A stretch of 63,122 bases of DNA, the filler included, from Octopus bimaculoides (lineage: Eukaryota): NCBI RefSeq assembly GCF_001194135.2. It is 6 parts of 6 records of this genome, joined end to end, with 100 filler letters (N's around TTAATTAATTAA, not from the genome) between each part and the next. Parts side by side here need not be neighbours in the genome. Positions count along the whole stretch, not along the records: positions 27,969 to 55,241 come from NC_068997.1; 5 more parts are not named here. The stretch is one strand, 5' to 3'. Every line of letters starts with the position of its first letter. The first letter of the stretch is position 1. The position numbers and the translations under genes were made by a program. Of this stretch, positions 39,687 to 51,335 are shown piece by piece. The notes beneath the pieces are model-generated. The model saw nothing but the letters and a program-made list of their open reading frames with translations. It had not been told where the DNA came from and made no database searches.

Positions 39687-39754
<68 letters not shown>

Positions 39755-40652
39755 TTTCGTTTGGAACTGAAATATTTTATACTTATTAACCTTAATATGA
39801 GTTTTGTAACGCATTACTATCATCTTTACTACTGCGATATCCAGGGAGGTGAATATGAGAATCAGTAATGCACCTTGATGTGTATATTCACTGTCCCTTT
39901 CTAGTGTAGACTGAAATCACATCAATAAGCTTGTGTTTTACAATTACACTGCAAACTCCCGCTATTGTTCGTTCAGGTAAAATTAAAATATATCAGTTAA
40001 GTATCTGAGGCTCATTTAATTGATTATGTCCTCCCATAAATTTCTGAACCTGTTCCGAGATAAGAAATTAATAATATTTTGTTAGACTGAATAAAGCGAA
40101 ACCTGTGATAAATAATGACGTTTACTGTTACTATGTAACGGGTTGAGGACAAAATCCAAGACGAAGAAGCTATTAATATCGTTTCAATATTCCAAGAGTA
40201 GTATTTTTTATCTCCCTTATATCTGTTCAAGTTCAATAACTGTTGTCGATTAAATCGACTATACTCTCAAACTGCATTACTTTGGTTCGCAGAATTAGTA
40301 AGGATGTAATGTAGTAATTATTGTAAGGCTTATGGATCATGTTAAAGAATTGAAAATCTGCGAAACTGTAAACCAGAATGTTGCTTTGTATATTGACTTT
40401 CTTCCTGCAAAATAAACTTACAACTGAAATCCCCTAGCCAAAGGAATTTATTCAATTTACTTTAAATTCAAAATATTTCTTTTCTATATTTTATATTATA
40501 CTGAATTGGATATTCTTTCTTTTATTTATTTTCTAATGATTGCTATCAGTTTATTAATAAATTGTCCATGGAGAACAGATCTAAATATTTTCAGTTTATT
40601 CGTCAGCTAAATTTTATTATTAGCTCAAATAAAGAAGTTATTACTGACTTAC

Positions 40653-40799
40653 CTCGTAATCAATTCGAAAGATTCTTAGGAGCCCGAGGTCCATAAAAAT
40701 TCGTACACCAGCTTGGACCATATCATCTGTATGCAATGAAAAGTCATCGAATCGGAGATTTGTCAGCTTCAGTTGTTCAGTTTCTGGTATAGAGTTAGC
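40653..40799 (-). CDS. PDE11A: Coding exon of PDE11A-like phosphodiesterase (start of catalytic domain)
   Basis: ANSIPETEQLKLTNLRFDDFSLHTDDMVQAGVRIFMDLGLLRIFRIDYE (147 nt, phase 0-0), acceptor ttttaaag, donor gtaagt. The FDDFSL...MDLG...F.IDYE pattern is closest to PDE11A as I recall it. Confidence 0.95.
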
Positions 40800-43259
40800 C
40801 TTTAAAAGAAAAAGATGATAAACAATGAAATATGTGTTTAAAGGGAGTGTATGTATTCTATTAACAAACAAATATTCATATACACCTGTTAACATCCTAT
40901 CAGCGTCAGGAGATATACCTATACCATTAATATCATTGTTCTTCAGAATTTTCTCCTCTAACTTAATATAATCTTTCCATCGCGCCTATATTTATGGTTT
41001 ATTCGGAAAGAAAATAAGGGTTTTCTTGCATTTGATGTTCAACTTCAGCTGTCGAAGTCTTGTAGGAAAATGTAGGTGGATATGGATTTCCTTGGGGATG
41101 ATATTTTTTGGTGAATGATTGGGCGAAGAAGTTAATGTAAAAACTAATGGGGACTATGTGTAAGGAAAGGAAAAATAAGAGAGTCCGGTAGATTTAGCTG
41201 GCGACACTTTACAAAGAGTCAGTTGTGAAGAAGAGTAGCTTTATGATAGCAGTAGAAAAGACAGAGTGATAAAACATCAGTTTTATTAACGGGTGCGTTT
41301 GAATGAAAACACGTTTGATTTGTTAGCGACTAAAATTCTTCTTGGAGACGATAAAATTATTCCTTCAGTACAAATAATGAAATGTTACTAAGAATGATTT
41401 TACTGAATATTGATTAACCTATTAATTTGTGTCCAGGCATAAAGGTTAGATATATATGAAAATTGAAACTTAACGATATGAATATGTAGCGAAGGTTAGA
41501 ATCGAAATCTTACAGCTTTAGTATCTAAGTTCAGACCACTTCTTAGATCAGTCGACATGCTCTGAATGCTAACCAATCAACTTACAGGATTGACACTCCA
41601 TATTATAGAATATTCTATCATGTTTCAATTGTTCTCGCCAGAAAAAGGTTTATAAAAGCGAGATCCTGCCAGAATAAGTGAAGAAGTGGCGGCAGAGCTT
41701 TGAGATGGTTCCCGAAAAAAAATAGACGAGCATATGATTTATTTTTGGTCCGTGCTAGACCTGTTTTTAAGAGGATTACTTCGTCTTCAATGCACTTTTC
41801 AACACAAGTGCTATGAACGGAATATTTTTGCCTCTCGCCGCACAAATAATTTGCGCATTTCAGATGCGCAGACAATAAGCCCTTTAAATAGATAAGTTTC
41901 CTTGTTTGCTGCTCAGCCCTTGATAAAATAATCTTCGACTAGAGTAAACATAGCCTTATTCCTACCGCTCACGTAAAGCTGATATTTTCTGTTATTAATG
42001 CGTAACCTTAATGAACTACATTCTCTTGTAGCACAACACTATACATTACTGGCAAGCAATTATGTAAAAATACTAACATTGTAATATACTTCTGGAAAAA
42101 TAAGTGTTATTTAAACAACGTTGGATTTGGTTTATTTATGGAACAGCTCGCAATCTGCCATCATACCAACATATCGAAACCCATGTAACTAATGCTACAA
42201 ACGCTTCTTGTTATTGGTATGAGAAAAGTTGTTGTTGTTGTTGTCTGGGTAAAGTGCAGATAGATTTTGTCTCTTTGTTTATCTATGACTGAATTATTCA
42301 ATGTCTCGTTTTGTGACGATATGGTGTTGATTGAGGTAAATTTGGCTGTTATTTCCCTCAAGTTGAACGATCACACTGACATTATCGAAAGAAAGGTTCT
42401 TACATGAAAAATATATATCAAATTTACGATACGTTATTCAGGTACATGAGAAAAGATAATCCGATGCAAGCAATTAAGGATGTAATAATTTAGAAAAGTA
42501 ATTGCAGTGGAGAAGTTTGGAAGCAAAATTATCCTCTCATGTGGATATACTTAGTATACAAGTTGAAAGGTGAAAATAATTAGGAGGGACAGACGAATGA
42601 TAGAGATGCCTATATTTAGTACAGAAACTTATTTTGAGAAGAGTGATGTTTAGTAGGTTGTAGCTGCATATGTTTATATCTTTATGTTTAGTTCCATTTC
42701 TTTTATACATGCGTGTATATCATAAACGTCAATAAGCTTTTCTTTCACAAGAAGACATGGACATATAAGTATTTAAGAGAATTTACTCTAGAAAGGTGTA
42801 ATTTTTGCAAATAAAAGATGGTATGGTAATTTCATGGATAACTCAATATTTTAGACTGAAAGAAATTTGAATTTCATGAGGAATTTTCTTTATAAATACC
42901 ATATAGTATTTAGACCTCATTTGTTTTACCATACATTCCTTTGGATTTATGCAGCTTATAAAGGTTTTCACCTAATTAGCATTAATTATCCGACCATTTT
43001 TTTTTTCTGGATTCAGAACATTCATACTGTAACTATCTTCACCTTTATTTTCGTATTTCTAACTTTCTTCCACTTTTGATATTATTCCATAAGTCACCCA
43101 TTTTCATTTTCACTTTTCATTTTCACTTTCAAACAATATTTTCTTTATTGATGTTTGTACACGCATTTAATTGCGTTCCGGTTTTCTATTAACCGTTCTT
43201 TATAATATAGTTCTTGTACTTCATCGTGTAAAGTGCTTTTAGACTAACAATGATTATAA

Positions 43260-44120
43260 GTGATGGCGTATTTAACCAAAGAACCATTTAAAAAGTCTCT
43301 CTCAACATAAATCAAGAAGTTTACGAGGCATTTGGGTGGGTGATACAAGCAAAGAACTCGGAATATGTGATAAAGATCTCCAGAATTTGAAATTAAGAAA
43401 TGAAAATAGGCAAAGCTTTGTGCTATCTCTAGCCAACTTAACCTATACACTGAAACGTTCGAAGGAATAGTAAACATGTCAGGATTGTCTATAGAGGTTC
43501 TGGACGTCATCAACCTTACATATGCATATGGAATCTTTCAGCGTAGAAACGTTCATAAGGAAATAAATATTACAACTGAAGGAAAGTGAATGGAGCAAAT
43601 ACCAAGTATAATATATGTGGGATACCTGCGATCCCAAACCGGAAAATGCACGGTAGCAATCTAAAGAAAGGTTTGAGGTAGTCAGAAAGCTATTTGAAAA
43701 TGTCAAACATCTTAACATCAAGAAACACTGATAATGAAACAAAAAAAAAATATTGCGAGAATGTTTATGTATAGTCCACTCCACTATACGGAGCAAAAGC
43801 AAGGACATAAAAATAGGTTACAAGCCATTGAATAGTGGACTTATAGATGATTATTGCGAATGTCAGAGATAGAATGCAAATTAGTTATTAGATACAAAAA
43901 ATGAGAAAAGCTATGAAAATTATATAAGATACTGTTACACTACTTTGAACACTCAGTTGGAGATAAAAAAAAAAGTTACAATGACTTCTAATATAAGGGA
44001 AAATGAATGGAAGGAGAATAAAATTAGTAATTACGTGGATGGATAAAATCAAGAATTTACACGCTTGAAATCTAGTGAATGTTCAAGGGCAGCACGAGAA
44101 AGACTGAAATGGCAAAAGGT
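43260..44120 (+). mobile_element. Heavily decayed RTE-type LINE RT fragment
   Basis: Remnants RQSFVLS..NLYTE, INLTYA (for INNLRYADD), INITTEG..EQ, a YxGY/YLG-like motif, PLLYGA and LQAIE.WTYR. Many stops. Confidence 0.55.
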
Positions 44121-44155
44121 GGCATTCAACATAATTTCAGCTTGGCGAATACTAT

Positions 44156-44189
<34 letters not shown>

Positions 44190-44299
44190 GATCTGTTGAA
44201 AAAAAAAGCAGCAGATGATGTACTAAAGAACATTAGGAAGATTTCAGATTAGGAAATCAATTGTAGCACTTGCATAATGTCCCACATATTTTTCCAGTC

Positions 44300-44445
44300 A
44301 ATATTGACTCTATATCAAATTCCGCCGAGGTCGACTTTGTCTTCCATCCTTTCGAGGTTGATAAAATAAACAGCAGTGGAATACTGGAGTTAATGTAATC
44401 GACTTACTCACTTTCACAAAATTACTGGCCTTTATGCCACAATTT
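44300..44445 (+). mobile_element. SINE 3' part (family of 10848-11077)
   Basis: caaattccgccgaggtcgactttgtcttccatcctttcgaggttgataaaata...gtaatcgactta. Confidence 0.7.
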
Positions 44446-44973
44446 GAAACCAATATTGGGTCGATATTACAAACATAAAAAAGAAAGTTTTAAATTATCG
44501 AATAAGAGTTTTAGGATTGAAGCAAATTATGTTTCTTTAAAATTTGTTTCCAGTTTTATTCACAGTCTAATACCAAAATCTAATATCATTGTTTTAGTTC
44601 CTAATGTAGTTTTTATTGCTTGGAGGATCTTATTTGTATTGTTCTTTTCCTACAAATGTTCTTTTCCAACAATATTGTTCGAATACAAACTTTCAATAGA
44701 ACCTAGCTAAAATTAAATAAACTTATTGTTCAACCTAAAACTGATTTGTAATCTTAAAAGACATGCATACATTCATATATATAATTTTTTTCTTTTAATT
44801 ATGAACATCAAATATGTCTCAGATACAAAATATATAATTAATTTTGGCTGAAGGTCATCTGAATCGATTGCCCAAATTCTGTGAATTTGCTCATTTAAGG
44901 AAAGATTGGGACGATAGTAGTTTCTCGTGCTTTTTCAAAAGTGAAAAATTTCACATTCATTTATACTACTCAC

Positions 44974-45024
44974 CTTCAATTTCATTAGTTCCTCTGGTGT
45001 TATTGAAGCATGATAAGACAGCAT
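44974..45024 (-). CDS. PDE11A: Coding exon of PDE11A-like phosphodiesterase (xLSYHA exon)
   Basis: MLSYHASITPEELMKLK (51 nt, phase 0-0), acceptor tattgcag, donor gtgagt. Continues the previous exon in frame and corresponds to VLSYHA of PDE5/PDE11. Confidence 0.93.
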
Positions 45025-45099
45025 CTGCAATATTACAAACAAAGATTATCCAATGTGACCTTTTTGAACAAAAGATGTAGGCTGCAATTAAAAGAAGTT

Positions 45100-46560
45100 T
45101 TGATTGATATTTCTAGCAACACCTACGACCACCTACGATCCCTGGTTCCAAATAATTGGATGCCGATTTGTTTCATGAATTGTCTGATGACTTTCAGTTT
45201 CAGGTGATGATCGTATAAGGTATGTGTCGCTTGGTTTATGTGGGTTGTGCATATTATTAAGTGGCAGATGTACTGAATGTTGAATCGTTGGTGTTCTAGC
45301 ATCAGGAGTCGATTCTGCATTGGGTGGTGGTTTTATATATTTTCTGATAGTACTCTGGATTGTCCTATCGAATTAAAATTATCTTGTGTAGAGCGCAGAC
45401 TGCTTTAGCAGGGCCATTTTTTTTTAAACTGAGTAAGCCCATATCTATTTATTGAAAAGTGGTATCGGATTTGGCAGTTTTTGACAGAGTAGATCGAAAT
45501 GTCAATCAAATCAAAAAACATATTCCAGTCACTAATAATCTTATTTGAATGGTTTACCTTGATCTCTTTGTGGTCGGAACAAGGATAATCCAGATTGATA
45601 GTCGTTGTCGTATACACTCTTGATACATATTAATATTAAATTCTATCCATTCTCACGTCGATGTGTCAGGTTCACCGCCTATTGAACAGATTCAATTGTC
45701 TGTGTATAATCACTGACTTGGCAAAAGCCAGGTCTAATCTGCCATGGTTGCATAATCTGCCCTTGTTAGTCTGTTTTCTTATATTATAGTGTTCTTGTTA
45801 TTATTTGTGAATAGGCGTCAACCCTGTGTACTTAAAATCTTTTATCCTTCTGTTAACCCATTAATTCTAAAAACAACTTAGCGTGTAACTCTTATTTACT
45901 TCCAGTCTTCGAGTCTTGTAGAAAATTTACTATGAAATGCCTTCTTCATTTTACTTTAGCAGATTCTAGAAATTTTCATTTCACAGTTTCTTCTTTCTGA
46001 AACCTTTTTTGTTATCATTGCTTTTATATAATTTTTTCTTTGCTGTGGTTGGCTTCCAGTTTGCACCTCATTTGTATTATATCCACCATCACAGTAATCT
46101 GCTTGTATTTGTTTGCTTCTAAATATTTTTCTCGGTCCACTGCTGTTACTTTGGAGCAATTCACAATTTGTATTATATCTGAAGCCCTTATGTGCTGCAT
46201 TGCTATATTTATATACATCAGCTTTAGGGCAGCCGCTTAAGAATACTGTTAATAGTCTCCCCTGAAAATTTATTATATTTAATCTAGATTTCATAACTAG
46301 GATGGGTGATGCATTAAAACATTAACTTATTTTAAGCATTTTCTAATTTTCTCTTCATTTTTCTTTTAAGTATTGCTAAGTATTTTTCTGGATGATTTGG
46401 GACTAATTCTCTGATTTTAGTGTCTATGTCTAATTTCATGTAATTTATTTTAATTAATTTGCATCTTCTTGTAGAAATACTGCTTCATATATCTCGTTCC
46501 ATAATCGTCCGTCTACCTTGTCAAATTCATGTAATTAGGGTGCGTGTACAGAATCCATAG
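45100..46560 (-). mobile_element. Heavily decayed LINE RT fragment (probably RTE) filling most of a PDE intron
   Basis: Remnants ANKYKQITV (for NYRGITL), KGFRK, an F.DF.KAFD-like stretch and KIYKT, in RT order. Many stops. Confidence 0.45.
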
Positions 46561-46702
46561 TTAGCATTTGATTAGTTAATTCATTCATTTTCGGTTTCCA
46601 TCCGGACTTTGATGTATAGAAGATGAGAATTACAGTAAACACAAAACCGTTATAGAAAGTAAACTTTCCAAATATAAATAATGTAAGCAGATTTTAATTT
46701 AC

Positions 46703-46795
46703 CTCAAGTGCAACTTGCTGCTTGGCAGCAGCCAGTGATACTTCCGCATAGAGTATGGCATTGTTAATACCAAGACCACAAAATATAGCGAATGC
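46703..46795 (-). CDS. PDE11A: Coding exon of PDE11A-like phosphodiesterase (end of GAF-B / helix into catalytic domain)
   Basis: Manual translation gives AFAIFCGLGINNAILYAEVSLAAAKQQVALE (93 nt, phase 0-0). Acceptor ttttctttcacag, donor gtaaat. Matches the PDE11/PDE5 family motif AFxIFCGLGIxN...AKQxVxL[DE]. Confidence 0.95.
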
Positions 46796-47589
46796 CTGTG
46801 AAAGAAAATGTAATGTATAAAATGAAAATATTCCTCCGGTACAACGCTTAAAAATTGCAAACAAATTTAGTTTTCATGATTTTTTTTTTTTTTTAAGTTA
46901 TGGATCAAATGTTATTTTCATTACTGAAATTATTAAAAATACAAATATTTTGTATTTCCTAAAGTCAGTTATTGAAGAGTGTTATTAAAGAAGAAAGCTA
47001 TTTTTTGCGGTTGAAATATTTTCAAGCTGAAATGGTATATCTCAGGCTGGTTTTGACCACCATGTGTGTTATAGTTGTTTGGTCAATGGTATCAATGGTA
47101 TAGTGTAAGTGGTACAATATTTGACAAACATTTGTTCTTCAAATGTAATCTTCAGGTACAATTGCTGTAACACCATTTGACAAAGCTGGTATTTGAAAAA
47201 CAAGTATAGTCCATTTGAGGGACTTGCATACAAGTTTATGCAAAGAGCATAGAGATACCAGGAGACAATAGAAGATATTCGTTCAAAGAGTCACGCAGAA
47301 AGCTCAAAGCCGGTATCTCGTGATTGGGAAGCAAACATCTTAATCATTGCTTTAGCTGAAATATAGTTTAACCTGATATAGTTAATGTAATGAGTATTAA
47401 AACCTAAATAGAAGTGATTTTTTGTTGATTTATATTGATTCTAATGTTTGCTATATTAAATATGGCCAACAACTTGACAATACTTTTGCCATGTAAAGAT
47501 GTTGCTGAGTAATTTCTGTTAGTCTCAAATTACTCAGCAATCGGAGTACTTGATTGGAGTAGATGGGGGGTCACGCAAAAGCTAGCATT

Positions 47590-48002
47590 GTTATTACCAG
47601 TTCGAAAATGCCAGTGGCAAGTTCCGGAGTTGTAAACAAAACATTCACTGTTATGGAGAAAATCTCTTGCTGCAGACAGACGATGTAAATACACCTAAAT
47701 CAGCTCACAGCGCCACCTGGTCAGACTGTGAAATGCAAGTATTTCGTAAGTCGACTGGAATAAATAAGAGAGATTATCTCTCTTATCAACTCGTAGCGCT
47801 ACCATTCGGTTTCGGTGACTGAAGAGAAGATAACCACTGCAAAATGGTTGCATCTTACAGTATGGATAGGTGACGCTGCGATCTGATTTAAGTGTATTTA
47901 CACCATTTGTCTACAACGAGAAATTTTCTCCACGACAAAACACGGTGAATGGCTTGTTTATAAGTTCGAACGTGCCACTAGCATATTCGAACTGGTAATA
48001 AC
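47590..48002. mobile_element. 413-bp foldback MITE with about 110-130 bp imperfect arms and a 3-bp ATT TSD
   Basis: GTTATTACCAGTTCGAA...TTCGAACTGGTAATAAC. Arm similarity continues inward (tgtaaatacacctaaatcag / ctgatttaagtgtatttaca). ATT at 47587-47589 and 48003-48005. Confidence 0.85.
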
Positions 48003-48477
48003 ATTGTATTTAGACACATCACTGCTTAGTGCTCCCATCCCGTAACACAAAAGTCAATTTTTAGACAATATTGGAGTTTATGCTTTCTTGAGTGATCAGC
48101 AAGAAATATATTCACTAAATTTCCCCCTCGCCACACTTAGCTATCTTTAAAAAGCGCGTATCTAACATTGTAGTTGGGGATACACTATTCCTAAATAAAA
48201 AATACATGATAGCTATAGCTTGAATGTCTTTGAGTATAGGTCTGAATCAAAGCTTGTACAGGGACATATAACAGCAACAATAAAAAACTATAAATAGATA
48301 TAGAGTGAACACAGAGTCGTAGATTTATTGAATGAACTTGATTAATATTCAATATATTATTTCCATATCCATCAACTTCACCTGAAAATTTCTAAAAATA
48401 ATTAAAATTCATACTTTAACTAATGGGTAACGTATTAGGATAAAACACCCAATATTAAGATAGTCGTAGTTTGATAA

Positions 48478-51335
48478 CACTGGTCAACACGATTTCTGGT
48501 GCCAAGAAACAAAAGTTTTTTTTAGCTAATTTGATGGTGTTGATTCCGAAAATGACCTTAGTTTTTCATGGTTAGATACCGTTTTCGCTGTACTGAAAAT
48601 GCTCATTTTTGGAAAAAAGATCAACTTACGATCTTGGCTGATCGCAAAATTAGTTAAAAAAGGTAATAGAAACCCATGAATTGTCAGGTAGGCCGAGCAA
48701 TTTATGTTAGCCACCTGAAATAAACTATCTTTATAAGAAAAAAAGTGTTTTTGAGTCAAAATTTTTAAAATATAAGTACCGAAGTTTTCCAAGTTATTGC
48801 CAAAATTCAAATTAACTGATAAACTTTATCAGTAATACACTTTAGTAAACCTGATAATTAAGGTGACATAAAAAAAAATGAAACCCTAAAATCTTTTGTT
48901 TAATATTCATAAATTTATCCCATCACTTTTATCCCTTCAATACAGAAGAAATCAAGCACATTAAGAGCACAGTTGGAAAAAAAAACTCCAACTAAAGACA
49001 TCCCAATTGAATGCACCTATTCCATTGTACATGATGAACATCATGAAAATGGTTTCACCATAACATCTGCCCACCACGCGGGATTACAAAGATACGAAGT
49101 AGAATCATCGTAACGATTCTTTCTGTCTTTTGTTATTGACAGTTTTACGAGTCTTTCGTAGGACATTAGGAAAGATCAAATTACCTAAATGTGAATACGC
49201 AAAGTGTAATGTAAATGCTCAACCAATTCAATGTCTTTTTTAATCATAGAGATAGATATCAAATGACATGGTTTCAACGAGAGGATGCAAAAATGATCCC
49301 AACTTATTTTGCTATACATGCGGCGAGTTCACACCAAAAGCCAATATCTGACTTTTACAAGAAAGCCTATCGTGCTTTCACGTCGAGCTTGGTGATCAGG
49401 ACAAATCATGGGCCCCTCATATTGCTTGCAAGACGTGTTTGGAATACATGAGACAGTGGACTTCAGGTACCCGAAAATCACTGAGATTCGCCATTCCTAT
49501 GATCTGGCGTGAGCCAAAGAACCTCTCTGATTAATGTTACTTCTGCTCAGTCAGTGTTGCGGGACTGAACCAAAAGAAACGCAGATCTATCGACTATCCC
49601 AGTCTTCATTCCGCTATTCTACCAGTGTCGCATTCAGATGATTTGCCAATCCCAGTTTTTCACGAAAATATGTTGAAACTTGTTGAAAATGACGAGTCTG
49701 ATGCTGATGTAGGTGAGAGACACAGCGAAAACGATCCTGACTACGTTCCCGCAGCTGTGCCAGGGCTGTTTAACCAAAATGAGATGGATGATTTGCTTCG
49801 AGACTTAAATCTATGCAAAGAATCAGCAGAACTTTTGGCCTCAATGCTCTACGAAAAACACTTGTTAGCAAAAGGCACAAAGGTAACATTCGATCGAAAT
49901 AGGGATACTGAATTTGTACCATTCTTTAATTAGAACACAGATCTTGCTCATTGCAATGACGTCGAGAGCGTTCTCCTTCGACTAGGCGTCCACAAATACG
50001 ATCTTGATGAATGGAGATTGATCATTGATAGCTCAAAACGTAGTTTCAAATGTGCTTTGCTCCATAATATCAACATGTATGCGCCAATACCTATAGGCCA
50101 TTCAATAACACTGAAAGAGAATACATGATGCCATTAAACAGGTTATAGAACAGATTGACTACACCAAACATAAATGGGTGTTATGTGTTGATTTGAAAAT
50201 GGTAAATTTCCTGCTTGGTCAACAAAGTGGCTACACGAAATTCCCATGTTTTTTGTGTATATGGGACAGTAGAGCAAACGAGGAGCACTAGAAAAGGAAA
50301 GATTGGCCACCCCGAGAGTGGTGAAAAGAACGTTATTAGTGCAGCGATAATTCCGAAAGAAAAATCATCTTCCTTCACTTGCATATCAAATTGGGATTAA
50401 TGAAACAGTGTGTAAAATCACTCGACAAAGAAAGTCAATGTTTTGAGTTTATATGTAAATCGTTTCCAGGACTTAGCACCGAAAAACTCAAAGAAGGAAT
50501 GTTTGATGGTCCTGATATCTGGAAACTCATTAAGGATGATAAATTTGTTAATCCAATGAATGACTTGGAATTACGCACTTGGACATCGTTTGTTGACATG
50601 GTGAAAAACTTCTTAGGCAATCGCCGGGCCGAAAACTACAAGGAGTTAGTGGAAAAGGTGTTGAAAAGTCTACAGGTTATAGGCACTAATATGAGTATTA
50701 AGGTTCATTTTTTACATAGCCATCTAAATAAATTTCCGGATAATTGCATCGATGCGAATGATGAGCAAGGAGAACGATTCCATCAAGATATCAAAACAAT
50801 GGAAGAGCGCTACCAGGGACGGTGGGACAAACGAATGATGGTTGACTCCTGCTGGAGTATCAAAAGGGACTTAAATAACATTGAACATGACAGACAAGCA
50901 AGAAAGAGAAAATTTTTACCATAGTTCTTCTGTTCAAGAAGGTTTTATTTCTGCTGTCAGTTTATTTAATGATTTGATGAAAATACTTGTTGGTTTTGGT
51001 ATATTCAATCGTGTTACTTTTAAAGACTTAGGGTCTGATTGTTATTGCAAAATAGTATTTCTCAATAAGCAGACCAATATTTGTTGGTTTAAATATGAAT
51101 CGAGAGTTTCTAGGATTTTACTTTGAGAAATATTGCAATCGATCAATACCAAATATACAGAAAACGAATGAAAAACTGCTTTTTTTTTTATAAATTAAGC
51201 ATTTAGGTACAGCAAAAACGGTAGCTAGCCAAGGAAAAGTAAGATCATTTTCAGATTCAGAGCCCTCAAATTGGCTAAAAAAATATGTTTGGTGTCTCGA
51301 CACCATTTCAAATGTGTTGGTGTTGTTGACCAGTG
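48478..51335 (+). mobile_element. Full-length Chapaev3-like (CMC superfamily) DNA transposon, 2858 bp
   Basis: Perfect 12-bp TIRs CACTGGTCAACA / TGTTGACCAGTG. TAA on both flanks (48475-48477, 51336-51338). Imperfect subterminal inverted repeats of about 130 bp and an internal transposase. CAC termini, a 3-bp TWA TSD and the N-terminal Cys/His pattern fit Chapaev3. The family name is from recall, not a search. Confidence 0.9.
49268..50924 (+). pseudogene. Disrupted Chapaev3-like transposase
   Basis: Across frames: MVSTRGCKNDPNLFCYTCGEF...GDQDKSWAPHIACKTC...WREPKNLSD*CYFC (Zn-finger-like), IDSSKRSFK, DLKMVNFLLGQQSGYTKFPCFLCIWDSRA, LHIKLGLMKQ, HSHLNKFP, DEQGERFHQDIKTMEERYQGRW. Several stops and frameshifts. 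Confidence 0.88.

Noticed and set aside
49268-50924. Sola or Transib assignment for the transposase
   Set aside because: It lacks the Sola SDN/SDG-type DDD motifs as I recall them, and Transib makes 5-bp TSDs whereas this element has a 3-bp TAA TSD.
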